A stretch of 64,000 nucleotides of DNA. Source: Gemmatimonadota bacterium. Lineage in GTDB: Bacteria; Gemmatimonadota; Gemmatimonadetes; Gemmatimonadales; GWC2-71-9. The DNA is taken from contig JBDHIW010000001.1 of assembly GCA_039587215.1 (NCBI GenBank), positions 2,371 through 66,370 of the forward strand. Reading direction: 5' to 3'. Below, in pieces: positions 38,374-47,508 of the stretch. How positions within the stretch are numbered: the first letter of the stretch is position 1; each line of letters opens with the position of its first letter. The translations under genes were made by a program, and so were the position numbers. The notes under the pieces were generated by a model. The model searched no databases. It saw only the letters and a program-made list of their open reading frames with translations, and was not told the origin of the DNA.

Positions 38374-40173
38374 ATGCGTCGAGAGTACATCCGCAACTTC
38401 TGCATCGTTGCCCACATCGATCACGGCAAGTCCACCCTTGCCGATCGTCTGCTCGAGGTCACCCAGACCCTCGATCAGCGGCGCATGCGTGAACAGGTTC
38501 TCGACACCATGGACCTGGAGCGGGAGCGCGGCATTACGATCAAGCTGAACGCCGTGCGCATGGACTACGCCGCCCACGACGGACAGCGCTACGAACTCAA
38601 TCTCATCGACACGCCGGGACACGTGGACTTCACGTACGAGGTCTCCCGGTCGCTCAACGCCTGTGAGGGCGCCGTGCTCGTGGTCGACGCCGCGCAGGGC
38701 ATCGAGGCGCAGACCGTGAGCAACGTACTCCTCGCCCTCGATGCGGGGCTCGAGGTGATCCCGGTCGTGAACAAGGTCGACCTGCCCGCGGCGGAACCCG
38801 ACCGGCGTGCCGAAGAGCTGGCGGAGCTGCTCGGCGTGGACCCGACGACCGTCCTGCAGGTCTCGGCCAAGCAGGGCGTGGGCGTGGCGGAACTGCTGGA
38901 GACGATCGTCCGGCAGATTCCCGCGCCGCCCGGAGACTCGGACGCCCCCCTGCGCGCCCTGATCTTCGACTCCTATTACGACCGGTACCGCGGGGCCATC
39001 CCCTCGATCCGTGTGGTCGACGGGCGGTTGGAAGCCGGCATGACCATCGCCTTCGGCACGCACCCGGAGGACCGCTACGAGGTCGACGAAGTGGGATACC
39101 TGCAGCTCGGGCAGCAGCGCGCGGACGCCCTCGAGGCCGGCGAGGTCGGCTACGTGATCGCCAACGTGCGCGGCGTGCGGGAGACCCGGCCGGGCGATAC
39201 CGTGATCGACGCCGACCGACGGGCGGCTGAGATGCTGCCGGGGTACCGGGACGTCCACCCGATGGTGTTCGCGGGCCTGTACCCCACCGACACCGATCAG
39301 TTCGAGGAGCTACGCGACGCGCTGGAGCGTCTGCAGCTCAACGACGCCGCGCTCAAGTACGAGCCGGAGACCTCCGTCGCGCTGGGATTCGGTTTTCGGT
39401 GCGGCTTCCTCGGCCTCCTCCATATGGAGATCGTTCGGGAGCGGCTCGAGCGGGAGTTCGGTCTCGGACTCATCACGACCGTACCAAACGTGGAATACCA
39501 CGTGTACCGGACCGACGGCGAGATGCAGATCATCGAGAACCCGACGAAGATGCCGACCGGCTCGGCCGTGGATCGCATCGAGGAGCCCTACGTCACGGCG
39601 CGGATCACGGTGCCGTCGGACTACATCGGCCCGATCATGACGCTGGGACAGGAACGGCGCGGCGAGTACCACGACATGCAGTACCTCGACCCGACGCGTG
39701 TCCAGCTCGACTGGTCGTTCCCGCTCGCCGAGATCATCCTGGACTTCTTCGATCGCCTGAAGACGGTCACGCGCGGCTACGCCGCGATGGACTACGAGCC
39801 CGCGGGCTACCGGGCAAGCCAGCTCGTGAAGCTCGACATGCTCATCAACGGCGATCCGGTCGACGCGTTCTCGGTCATCATCCACCGAGACAAGGCGCAG
39901 GAGTGGGGCCGGAAGATCGCCACGAAGCTCAAAGACCTCATCCCGCGCCAGTTGTTCGAAGTCGTCATCCAGGCGGCGATCGGGACCAAGATCATCTCCC
40001 GCGAAACGGTCCGTCCATTGCGGAAGAACGTCACCGCGAAGTGTTATGGTGGTGACATCACGCGGAAGCGGAAGCTCCTCGAGAAGCAAAAAGAGGGGAA
40101 ACGCCGCATGAAGCAGGTCGGGACGGTGGAAATCCCTCAAGAGGCCTTCTTGGCCGTACTACAGGTGGACTGA
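38374..40173 (+). CDS. lepA: Elongation factor 4
   Basis: 599 aa. Motifs [32 protein letters not shown] and NKVDL, plus the conserved LepA C-terminus. Confidence 0.95.
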   Translation: MRREYIRNFCIVAHIDHGKSTLADRLLEVTQTLDQRRMREQVLDTMDLERERGITIKLNAVRMDYAAHDGQRYELNLIDTPGHVDFTYEVSRSLNACEGAVLVVDAAQGIEAQTVSNVLLALDAGLEVIPVVNKVDLPAAEPDRRAEELAELLGVDPTTVLQVSAKQGVGVAELLETIVRQIPAPPGDSDAPLRALIFDSYYDRYRGAIPSIRVVDGRLEAGMTIAFGTHPEDRYEVDEVGYLQLGQQRADALEAGEVGYVIANVRGVRETRPGDTVIDADRRAAEMLPGYRDVHPMVFAGLYPTDTDQFEELRDALERLQLNDAALKYEPETSVALGFGFRCGFLGLLHMEIVRERLEREFGLGLITTVPNVEYHVYRTDGEMQIIENPTKMPTGSAVDRIEEPYVTARITVPSDYIGPIMTLGQERRGEYHDMQYLDPTRVQLDWSFPLAEIILDFFDRLKTVTRGYAAMDYEPAGYRASQLVKLDMLINGDPVDAFSVIIHRDKAQEWGRKIATKLKDLIPRQLFEVVIQAAIGTKIISRETVRPLRKNVTAKCYGGDITRKRKLLEKQKEGKRRMKQVGTVEIPQEAFLAVLQVD

Positions 40174-40175
40174 GC

Positions 40176-41177
40176 ATGGGTACGCGATACATCGTGGGCG
40201 TGGACGTCGGCGGCACGAACGTGGTCGTCGGAACGGTATCGGAGGACGGCCAGGTCATCGCCGGGATCGTCCGGGAGCCGACGCGGGTGGACGAGGGAGC
40301 CGACGCGGTGGTCGATCAGGTCGCGGCGATGGTCGCGCAGTCGATCACGGATGCCAAGGCCGAGCTCGGCGGTGACACGCTCGACGTCGTCGGCGTGGGA
40401 ATCGGCGCGCCGGGTCCGCTCGACACCGACCGGGGCATCGTGATCCTCACGCCCAACCTCGGTTGGAAGAACTTTCCTCTCCGCGACCGCGTCTCCGACG
40501 CCACCGGGCTGCCGGCGGTCCTCGACAACGACGCCAACTGCGCCGTGCTCGGCGAGTGGTGGCAGGGGGCGGCCCAGGGCGCCTCCAACGTCATCGGTCT
40601 CACGATCGGGACGGGCATCGGGGGCGGCATCGTGATCGGCGGCATGCTCTATCGCGGGGCGAGCGACGTCGCGGGCGAGTTCGGCCACATGACCATCGAT
40701 TCCACCGGGCGCCGGTGCAACTGCGGGAACTACGGCTGCATCGAAGCGTACGCGTCCGGCACGGCGATCGCGGCGCGGGCGGTGGAAGGCATCGACGCCG
40801 GTGCCGACACGAATCTCCCCGACCTGGTCGACGGCGACACGTCGAAGATCACGGCCGGGACGGTCTATCACGCCGCCAGCGACGGGGACGAGTTCGCCCG
40901 GGAGGTCATCCGGGATACGGCACGGTTCCTCGGTGCGGCGGTCGCCAACCTCGTGAACATCTTCAATCCCGACATCGTCGTGATCTGCGGCGGGGTGACG
41001 GCGGCGGGCGACAAGCTCTTCACGCCGCTCGAGGCCGAGGTGGCTCGGCGGGCCTTCCGCCCGGCCGTGGCCGCCTGCCGCATCATTCCCGGAACGCTCC
41101 ACGGGACGGCCGGCGTGTTCGGCGCCGCCGCCGTCTTTCGGCGGCGGGCCGCAGGCAGATTCACCAACCCCGAGTGA
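40176..41177 (+). CDS. ROK-family glucokinase
   Basis: 333 aa. VGVDVGGTNVVVG is the ATP-binding motif, and GRRCNCGNYGCIEAYASG is the ROK zinc motif. Confidence 0.85.
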   Translation: MGTRYIVGVDVGGTNVVVGTVSEDGQVIAGIVREPTRVDEGADAVVDQVAAMVAQSITDAKAELGGDTLDVVGVGIGAPGPLDTDRGIVILTPNLGWKNFPLRDRVSDATGLPAVLDNDANCAVLGEWWQGAAQGASNVIGLTIGTGIGGGIVIGGMLYRGASDVAGEFGHMTIDSTGRRCNCGNYGCIEAYASGTAIAARAVEGIDAGADTNLPDLVDGDTSKITAGTVYHAASDGDEFAREVIRDTARFLGAAVANLVNIFNPDIVVICGGVTAAGDKLFTPLEAEVARRAFRPAVAACRIIPGTLHGTAGVFGAAAVFRRRAAGRFTNPE

Positions 41178-42121
41178 AGCGGCTGGGCGTCATCGGTACG
41201 ATGGTGTGGGACACCATCTACCGGGTGGGACGCGACGAGCCGGTCGAGGAGTGGGGCGGCATCGCGTACGCGATCGCGGCACTCGACGCCGCACTTCCCC
41301 CCGAGTGGGAGATCGTCCCGCTCGTGAAGGTGGGTCGCGATCTAGCACCCGAAGCCAACCAGTTCCTGTCCGCCATGCAGCGTCCGGTGTCGGGCGCGCG
41401 CTTCATCGAGGTGCCGGAGCCGACCAACCGCGTCACGCTGCGCTACCGGTCGCTGGAGCGCCGCACCGAGCACCTCGCAGGCGGCGTGCCCGGATGGCAG
41501 TGGACGGAGCTCGGCCCGCTCGTCCACGATCTCGACGCCATCTACTGCAACCTCATCTCCGGGTTCGAGCTCGACCTTCCGACGGCGATCCACCTCCGGC
41601 ACGGGTTCGACGGACCTGTGTATGCCGACCTCCACTCGCTACTCCTCGGCCTGCGGGCCGACGGCACCCGTGTGCCCCGCGCCCTGCCCGACGTGGATGA
41701 GTGGTTCGGCTGCTTCGACGTCGTCCAACTGAACGAGGGGGAGATGGCGCTGCTCGGCGCCGACCCGCTGGCCGTCGCGGCGGACGCCTTCGGCGCCGGC
41801 GTGCGTCTCATGGTCGTGACCCTGGCCGCCCAGGGGGCCGCCTACTTCGTGCACGGCGACCTCGACCTGCACGCCGACCGCACCCTGCCGGTGGGAGCGC
41901 CCCTGCGGACCGCGCGGCTCCCCGCACACGACGCCCGCGACGTCCTCGACCCCACAGGGTGCGGCGATGTCTTCGGCGCGACGCTCATGGCGGCCCTGCT
42001 CCAGCGGGCGGACGTGGAAGCCGGCATCGACGTCGCCCAGCGAGCCGCCGCCCGCAACGCGGGGCACCTCGGAGCCACGCACTTGCGCGCACATCTACGC
42101 GGCGAGATTCTGCATCGGTGA
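41174..42121 (+). CDS. PfkB-family carbohydrate/nucleoside kinase
   Basis: GTG at 41174 overlaps the ROK stop (GTGA). The C-terminal motif DPTGCGDVFGATLMAALL is the PfkB DTxGAGD-type signature. Confidence 0.75.
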   Translation: MKRLGVIGTMVWDTIYRVGRDEPVEEWGGIAYAIAALDAALPPEWEIVPLVKVGRDLAPEANQFLSAMQRPVSGARFIEVPEPTNRVTLRYRSLERRTEHLAGGVPGWQWTELGPLVHDLDAIYCNLISGFELDLPTAIHLRHGFDGPVYADLHSLLLGLRADGTRVPRALPDVDEWFGCFDVVQLNEGEMALLGADPLAVAADAFGAGVRLMVVTLAAQGAAYFVHGDLDLHADRTLPVGAPLRTARLPAHDARDVLDPTGCGDVFGATLMAALLQRADVEAGIDVAQRAAARNAGHLGATHLRAHLRGEILHR

Positions 42122-43005
42122 CCCAAGTCGTAGAAGTCCCCAGTTCCTTCGACGATCGGACGTTCGACCAGTTCGCGCGCGGCATCGCCTCGTGGGACGA
42201 GAAGCTCCTGTTCGACGCCCACGCCACCCAGTGGGCGTCGCCGTTCGGGCTGGTGGGACTGCTGACCGCGGGCCAGCACGCGACCGAGCGGGCGCAGCAG
42301 CGGCCTCTGCTTACGATCCCGGCGGATCGGGACGTCGCGCATTACTGGGCCAAGGCGGGGTTCTTCCGCTATGCGGGGGATTGGTTCGAGCTCCACGGCA
42401 AGGTCCCGCGCGTCGCCGCGTCCGAGACCTCCGACGTTCTCCTCGGGGTCACACCCGTCCGCGGCACGGACGACGTGCACTCCGTCGTGGAGACCATTCA
42501 AGAGCGCGCAGCAGCCATTCTGGGGGATCTGGGGCTCGAGGCTACGGCGACAATGGGATTCGCTATGGCATTGTCGGAGGCGTGTCAGAATATTGTAGAA
42601 CACGCGGGCACGTCGGGCTGGGTCGCCGTGCAGACCTACCACTGGCGAAGACGACTCGGTCGCAAGGTCGTGGTGATCGCCGTCGCCGATGCCGGCGTCG
42701 GGTTCCGGCACTCCCTCGCGGCCACACAGGCATCGCGCTTCGGTGATCGGTGGAGCGACGCGACTGCCCTCGAATCCGCGTTGTTTCACGGCGCGAGCCG
42801 CTTCCGTGACCCCGGTCGAGGCCAGGGACTGGCCGGGATCACGCGCTACGCCAATCGGTGGGGCGGTAAGGTGAGTATGCGGTCCGGTACCGCACGGATT
42901 GCGATTGTCCCAGAGTGGGACGACGACGCGCCGCTGACCGATGGCGTGCCGGCGTTCCCGGGAGCCCAAGTGCTGATCATCATTCCCGCACAGGACGCCG
43001 AGTGA
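42118..43005 (+). CDS. GHKL (HATPase_c, RsbW/SpoIIAB-like) ATP-binding protein with extra N-terminal domain
   Basis: GTG at 42118 overlaps the PfkB stop (GTGA). 295 aa. N-box-like LSEACQNIVEHA, G1-like VADAGVGF, G2-like GRGQGLAGI. There is no DHp/His-phosphotransfer helix. The N-terminal ~125 aa are unassigned. Confidence 0.7.
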   Translation: MTQVVEVPSSFDDRTFDQFARGIASWDEKLLFDAHATQWASPFGLVGLLTAGQHATERAQQRPLLTIPADRDVAHYWAKAGFFRYAGDWFELHGKVPRVAASETSDVLLGVTPVRGTDDVHSVVETIQERAAAILGDLGLEATATMGFAMALSEACQNIVEHAGTSGWVAVQTYHWRRRLGRKVVVIAVADAGVGFRHSLAATQASRFGDRWSDATALESALFHGASRFRDPGRGQGLAGITRYANRWGGKVSMRSGTARIAIVPEWDDDAPLTDGVPAFPGAQVLIIIPAQDAE

Positions 43006-43009
43006 GCCA

Positions 43010-43540
43010 ATGACGACGATCGATGTAAAGCAGGTGTTGGCTCGCACGGTCTCACCCACCTATCCCGACCTCGTTACTCGCCCAACCGGCAAAGCCGTCC
43101 GCCACGGCATCGTCGACGAACTCGACGACGCTGCCGCCGTGGAGGATGTGGCCCTGATCGACTTCGGCACCGTGCGCGTACTCGATATTTCGTGCGCCGA
43201 CGAGATCGTGGCGCGCCTGCTCCGGGAGAACAATGCGCGGTACTTCGTGCTCTGTGGCCTCACCGAGGCGCATCGCTACTCGATCGAGCAGGTGCTGGAA
43301 CGCCACCAGCTGGCGGTCGTCGGACGCGACCGGGACGGCCGGGTCCAGGTGCTCGGCACGGTCACCGACACGGTGCGGCGGGCGTTCGGACTGCTCGCGG
43401 ACCGCGGACGGGCCGCCCCGCACGAGATCGCCGCGCATCTCGGCGTGCCGCAGGACGCCGCCCTCGAGACCATTCAGGAGATGGTGACGCTTCGAATCGC
43501 GCACCCGGTTGACGACCTCGTGGCGATTCCAGCCTCATGA
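43010..43540 (+). CDS. STAS-like (DUF4325-like) protein with C-terminal winged-helix-like segment
   Basis: 176 aa starting 4 nt after the upstream stop. TRPTGKAVRHGIVDELDDAAAVEDVALIDFGTVRVLDISCADEIVARLL follows the DUF4325 pattern (xLDFxGVxxxSxSFxDE). The C-terminal APHEIAAHLGVPQDAALETIQEMV looks like HTH. Confidence 0.6.
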   Translation: MTTIDVKQVLARTVSPTYPDLVTRPTGKAVRHGIVDELDDAAAVEDVALIDFGTVRVLDISCADEIVARLLRENNARYFVLCGLTEAHRYSIEQVLERHQLAVVGRDRDGRVQVLGTVTDTVRRAFGLLADRGRAAPHEIAAHLGVPQDAALETIQEMVTLRIAHPVDDLVAIPAS

Positions 43541-44697
43541 CGTCGCGATCGAGCGGGCCATCGACCCGAGCCGTGCACGGGCCGGTCCACCCGCGGACCG
43601 ACCATGAGCCGGTGGCGACGCCCCTGAGCCAAAGCAGCACGTTCGTACACCCGATCGGCTCGAGCGCCGAGGTGATGTACACCCGGTACGGCAACAACCC
43701 GAACCAGGTGATTCTCGCCGAGAAGCTGGCGCTGCTGGAGGGCGCGGAACGCGCCCTGTTCGTCGCGAGCGGCATGGGCGCGACCGCCCTCGCGCACCTC
43801 GCGGTCCTACGGCCGGGCGACCACCTGCTCGCGAGCAGCTGGATCTACGGAGGAACCCACCGGCTCTTCACCGACGAGTTCGGGCGGATCGGCATCGACG
43901 TCACGTTCGTCAACCCCGACAAGCACCGCGACTGGCGCCGCATGGTGCGCAAGAACACTCGGGCGCTCTTCGTCGAGTCCCCGACCAACCCCCTCATGCG
44001 CGTGATCGACCTCGAACCGCTGGCCGAGCTGTGCCGCGAGCGGGGCATGGTCATGATCGTGGACTCCACCTTCGCGTCCCCGATCAACCTGCGTCCCCTC
44101 GAGCACGGGGCCGATGTCGTCATCCACTCCGCCACCAAGTACCTGAACGGGCACTCCGATGTGATCGGCGGCAGCGTGGCGGGCAGCGCCGCCATCGTCG
44201 AGGAAGTCCGTTCCCTCATGCAGGTCTGGGGGCAGTCCGCCGACCCCCATGCCGCCTGGCTCACGGAGCGGGGACTCAAGACGCTCGCCGTGCGTATGGA
44301 ACGGCACAATGCCAACGGGCAGGCCTTCGCCGAATGGGCCGAGGCCCAGCCCGCCATCACCAAGGTGGATTATCCCGGACTCCCGAGTCATCCCGACCAC
44401 GCGCTGGCCACGAAGATGCTCGATGGGATGAGCGGCATGGTCGGTATCCATCTCCCCAGCGCGATCGCGGCCGAGAAGTTCCTGCAACGGCTGCAGCTGG
44501 TGACGCACGCACCGAGTTTGGGCGGGGTCGAGACGCTGATCTCCGAGCCGCGCCTCACGTCGCATGCGGGGCTGACGCCCGACGAGCGGGCCAGCGCCGG
44601 CATGCCCGACGGTTTCGTGCGGGTCAGTCTCGGCATCGAGGACATCGACGACGTGATCGCCGACTGCGACGCGGCGCTCCGCTCTCTCACCGCGTGA
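43537..44697 (+). CDS. Cys/Met-metabolism PLP enzyme (cystathionine gamma-synthase / beta-lyase / methionine gamma-lyase family)
   Basis: 386 aa with ATGA overlap to the upstream gene. HSATKYLNGHSDVIGG contains the PLP lysine motif. The subfamily cannot be decided by eye. Confidence 0.88.
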   Translation: MTSRSSGPSTRAVHGPVHPRTDHEPVATPLSQSSTFVHPIGSSAEVMYTRYGNNPNQVILAEKLALLEGAERALFVASGMGATALAHLAVLRPGDHLLASSWIYGGTHRLFTDEFGRIGIDVTFVNPDKHRDWRRMVRKNTRALFVESPTNPLMRVIDLEPLAELCRERGMVMIVDSTFASPINLRPLEHGADVVIHSATKYLNGHSDVIGGSVAGSAAIVEEVRSLMQVWGQSADPHAAWLTERGLKTLAVRMERHNANGQAFAEWAEAQPAITKVDYPGLPSHPDHALATKMLDGMSGMVGIHLPSAIAAEKFLQRLQLVTHAPSLGGVETLISEPRLTSHAGLTPDERASAGMPDGFVRVSLGIEDIDDVIADCDAALRSLTA

Positions 44698-45383
44698 TCC
44701 AGTTCCGCAAAGTCTTCAAAGCGTACCCCAAGGGTTCCATCGCCCTGAAGGACGTGTCGTTCCGCATGGAGAAGAGTGAGTTCCTTTTCCTGACGGGTCA
44801 CTCGGGCGCGGGCAAGTCCACCGTCCTCCGGCTCGTCTACGCAGACGAATCGCCGAGCGACGGCGACGTGCTCGTCGCGGGGCGGCTCCTCTCGCATCTC
44901 AAGCACAGCGAGATCCCGCAGCTGCGCCGGCGCCTGGGCATCGTCTTCCAGGATTTCCGGCTCCTGGAAGACCGTACGGCGGAGGAGAACGTCGCGTTCG
45001 CCCTCGAGGTGACCGGTACGCGCCCAAGTATCGTGGCGTCCAAGGTGATGCGGGTGCTGACGCAGGTCGGTCTCGCGGCCAAGACGCACCTCTACCCTCA
45101 GGAGATGTCGGGTGGCGAGCAGCAGCGCGTCGCCATCGCGCGGGCGCTGGTCAACGACCCCGTCGTACTCCTCGCCGACGAACCGACCGGGAACCTGGAC
45201 GAACGGGCGACGCGCGGCGTCTTCCGCCTGCTGCGGGACATCAACGCGACCGGGACCGCCGTGGTGATGGCAACGCATGACCTGGATCTCGTGCGCTCGA
45301 CGTCGTATCGGACGATCGAACTCCGCGACGGCGCCGTGGTGCACGATTCGGGCGCCAGGGACTCGCTCGGGGAGGCCTCGTGA
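44694..45383 (+). CDS. ftsE: Cell-division ABC transporter ATP-binding protein FtsE
   Basis: GTG at 44694 (GTGA overlap). Walker A GHSGAGKST, signature MSGGEQQRVAIARAL, Walker B VLLADEPTGNLD. ftsX follows. Confidence 0.92.
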   Translation: MIQFRKVFKAYPKGSIALKDVSFRMEKSEFLFLTGHSGAGKSTVLRLVYADESPSDGDVLVAGRLLSHLKHSEIPQLRRRLGIVFQDFRLLEDRTAEENVAFALEVTGTRPSIVASKVMRVLTQVGLAAKTHLYPQEMSGGEQQRVAIARALVNDPVVLLADEPTGNLDERATRGVFRLLRDINATGTAVVMATHDLDLVRSTSYRTIELRDGAVVHDSGARDSLGEAS

Positions 45384-46237
45384 GGCTGACGATCCGCGAG
45401 ACCATCCTCGCCATCACCCGGACCCCGGTCCTGTCCGCGCTCGCGAGCATCACCATCGGCTTCGCGCTCTTCGTGCTCGGACTGTTCGCGCTGGTCGCGC
45501 TGAACCTGCGGGAGGCGCTGACGACCATCGAGGAACGCGTGGAGATCGTGGCGTACCTCACGCGGGGCACGCCGATCGAGGTGATCACCCTCGCGATCGG
45601 AGACATCCAGGCCTTCCCGGAGGTCGCCTCGGTTCGGCACGTGTCGGCGGACGAGGCGCTCGATCGTGCCCGCGGGCAGCTGACCGAGTTTCAGGGCGTG
45701 TTCGAAGACCTGGCAATGAACCCGCTGCCGGCCTCGTTGGAGCTTCGCCTCCAGCCCGGGTCGCGCGACGCGGGCGTCGTCGCCATCGTCGCCGAGCGCC
45801 TCGAGGGATTCCGGTTCGTCGAGGACGTGCGCTTCGGACGAGAATGGATCGAAAAGCTCGACGATCTCCGCAACATCGCCGCCGTGGTGGGTCTCGCGAT
45901 CGGCGGTGCGTTCATGGCCGCCGCCACGATCATCATCGGCACGACGGTTCGCATGACCGTGCTCGCGCGCGCGCGCGAAATCCAGATCATGCGGCTCGTT
46001 GGGGCCACCGACGGATTCGTCAGGCGTCCGTTCCTGCTCGACGGAGCCATCAAGGGCGCCCTAGGCGGGCTGTTCGCGCTCGCGCTGAACTACCTCGCGT
46101 TCCTCATGGTGCAGAATTCCCTCTTCGAAGCCCGGTTCTTCGCCATGACGCACGCGTCGGCCTTCGTGCTCTTCGGCCTCGGGGTCGGCCTCGCGGCGAG
46201 CGCCCTCAGCGTCGGGCGGCACCTCTCGAAGATCTGA
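45380..46237 (+). CDS. ftsX: Cell-division permease-like protein FtsX
   Basis: 285 aa with GTGA overlap to ftsE. One TM, a periplasmic domain and three C-terminal TMs. The sequence MRLVGATDGFVRRPFLLDG is conserved in FtsX. Confidence 0.85.
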   Translation: MRLTIRETILAITRTPVLSALASITIGFALFVLGLFALVALNLREALTTIEERVEIVAYLTRGTPIEVITLAIGDIQAFPEVASVRHVSADEALDRARGQLTEFQGVFEDLAMNPLPASLELRLQPGSRDAGVVAIVAERLEGFRFVEDVRFGREWIEKLDDLRNIAAVVGLAIGGAFMAAATIIIGTTVRMTVLARAREIQIMRLVGATDGFVRRPFLLDGAIKGALGGLFALALNYLAFLMVQNSLFEARFFAMTHASAFVLFGLGVGLAASALSVGRHLSKI

Positions 46238-47442
46238 TGCGCTGGCGCGGCTGGCTGGTCGTCGTGCTGCTCACCGCGACGGGAGCGGCGGAGGCGCAGC
46301 AGGGGCCGTCCGTCGTGCGGCAGATCCGCGAGAACCAACAGCGCCTCGATTCGATACGGAGAGAACGCGAGGGTCTCGAGGGAGAGCTCCAGCAGCTGCG
46401 CTCTCGGATGTCGACGCTGTCCAGCGAGCTCGACAACATCGAGCGGCAGAAGACGATCACGGCCCGCATCGTGAACGAGCTCGACCGTCAGACACTGGGG
46501 ATGCGCAGCCAGGTCGACACCGTGACCCTGCAGCTTCTCGTGGCCACGGACGCCCTCGCGGAATCCCAGGCCGTACTGCGGGGCCGGCTCGTGGGGATCT
46601 ACAAGCGAGGGCCCCTCTACGCGTTTCAGGTACTCCTGGCGGCCGAGAGCTTCGGCGATCTCCTGAGTCGGTATAAGTACCTCTACCTCGTCTCCCGACA
46701 GGACCGCGCGCTGGTGCAGGAAGTCGTCGACCTCCGCGATCGCATCGGCAGCAATCGCCGGCAGCTCGTGAGCATCGAGCGCACCATCGAGAGCCAGCGG
46801 GACCAGCGATCACGGGAACTGCGACGTTACGAATCGCTGGAGCGGTCGTCGTCCCGCGCGCTGCAGCAGGCGCAGGCCACGCAGCGGCAGACGTCGTCGC
46901 GCATCGCCAATCTGTCCGCGGCGGAAGAGGAACTGGTCGGCCTGCTCGCAGCGCTCGAGCGCGCCCGGCGCGCCGCGCTCGCGCGCGGAGACCTTCGCGT
47001 GCCCGAAGCTAGCATCACGGGCGCCGACCTCGGCCAGCTCGACTGGCCCGTCGACGGTGGCCGAGTGGTCTACAGCTTCGGATCCGCGCGCGGCCCCGAC
47101 GGCACGGAGATCATCTACCAGGGCATCGGCATCGGCGTGCCGGTCGGTACCGCGGTCACGGCAGTCGCGGACGGCCTCGTGGAGATCGCGAGCCCACTCA
47201 ACACCTACGGCCCCTCGGTCTTGCTCAACCACGGCGGGGGCGTGTACACGCTCTACTCCTACCTGTCGACGATCGCCGTCACGCCTGGCCAACTCGTGAG
47301 CGTCGGCCAAACCCTCGGGCAGTCCGGGGGCGAGTCGTCCGACCACGGCCCTCACATCGAGTTCCAGTTGCGACAGGCCTCCGGCGAGAGCAACAACCCC
47401 ATTGCGCTCGACCCGGAGAACTGGCTCAGACGCCGACGGTAG
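46237..47442 (+). CDS. envC: EnvC-like murein hydrolase activator (coiled coil + degenerate LytM/M23 domain)
   Basis: ATG at 46237 overlaps the ftsX stop (TGATG). Signal peptide, a ~250-aa coiled coil, and a C-terminal M23 fold. The usual HxH reads PHIEFQL, with the second His replaced, as in non-catalytic EnvC-type activators. Confidence 0.85.
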   Translation: MRWRGWLVVVLLTATGAAEAQQGPSVVRQIRENQQRLDSIRREREGLEGELQQLRSRMSTLSSELDNIERQKTITARIVNELDRQTLGMRSQVDTVTLQLLVATDALAESQAVLRGRLVGIYKRGPLYAFQVLLAAESFGDLLSRYKYLYLVSRQDRALVQEVVDLRDRIGSNRRQLVSIERTIESQRDQRSRELRRYESLERSSSRALQQAQATQRQTSSRIANLSAAEEELVGLLAALERARRAALARGDLRVPEASITGADLGQLDWPVDGGRVVYSFGSARGPDGTEIIYQGIGIGVPVGTAVTAVADGLVEIASPLNTYGPSVLLNHGGGVYTLYSYLSTIAVTPGQLVSVGQTLGQSGGESSDHGPHIEFQLRQASGESNNPIALDPENWLRRRR

Positions 47443-47480
47443 CTCCACCAGTCAAACTCCTGTCGTTGCTTGCCGTTTTC

Positions 47481-47508
47481 ATACGATCGTATTACATACA
47501 AACGTATG
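47481..47508. promoter_or_regulatory. Two ATAC-N4-GTAT palindromes (putative TetR operator pair)
   Basis: ATACGATCGTAT (47481-47492) is a perfect 12-bp palindrome. cATACAAACGTATg (47495-47508) has the same half-sites and spacing, 15 bp centre to centre. Both lie in an AT-rich patch, and the second overlaps the tetR ATG (47506). Confidence 0.4.
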
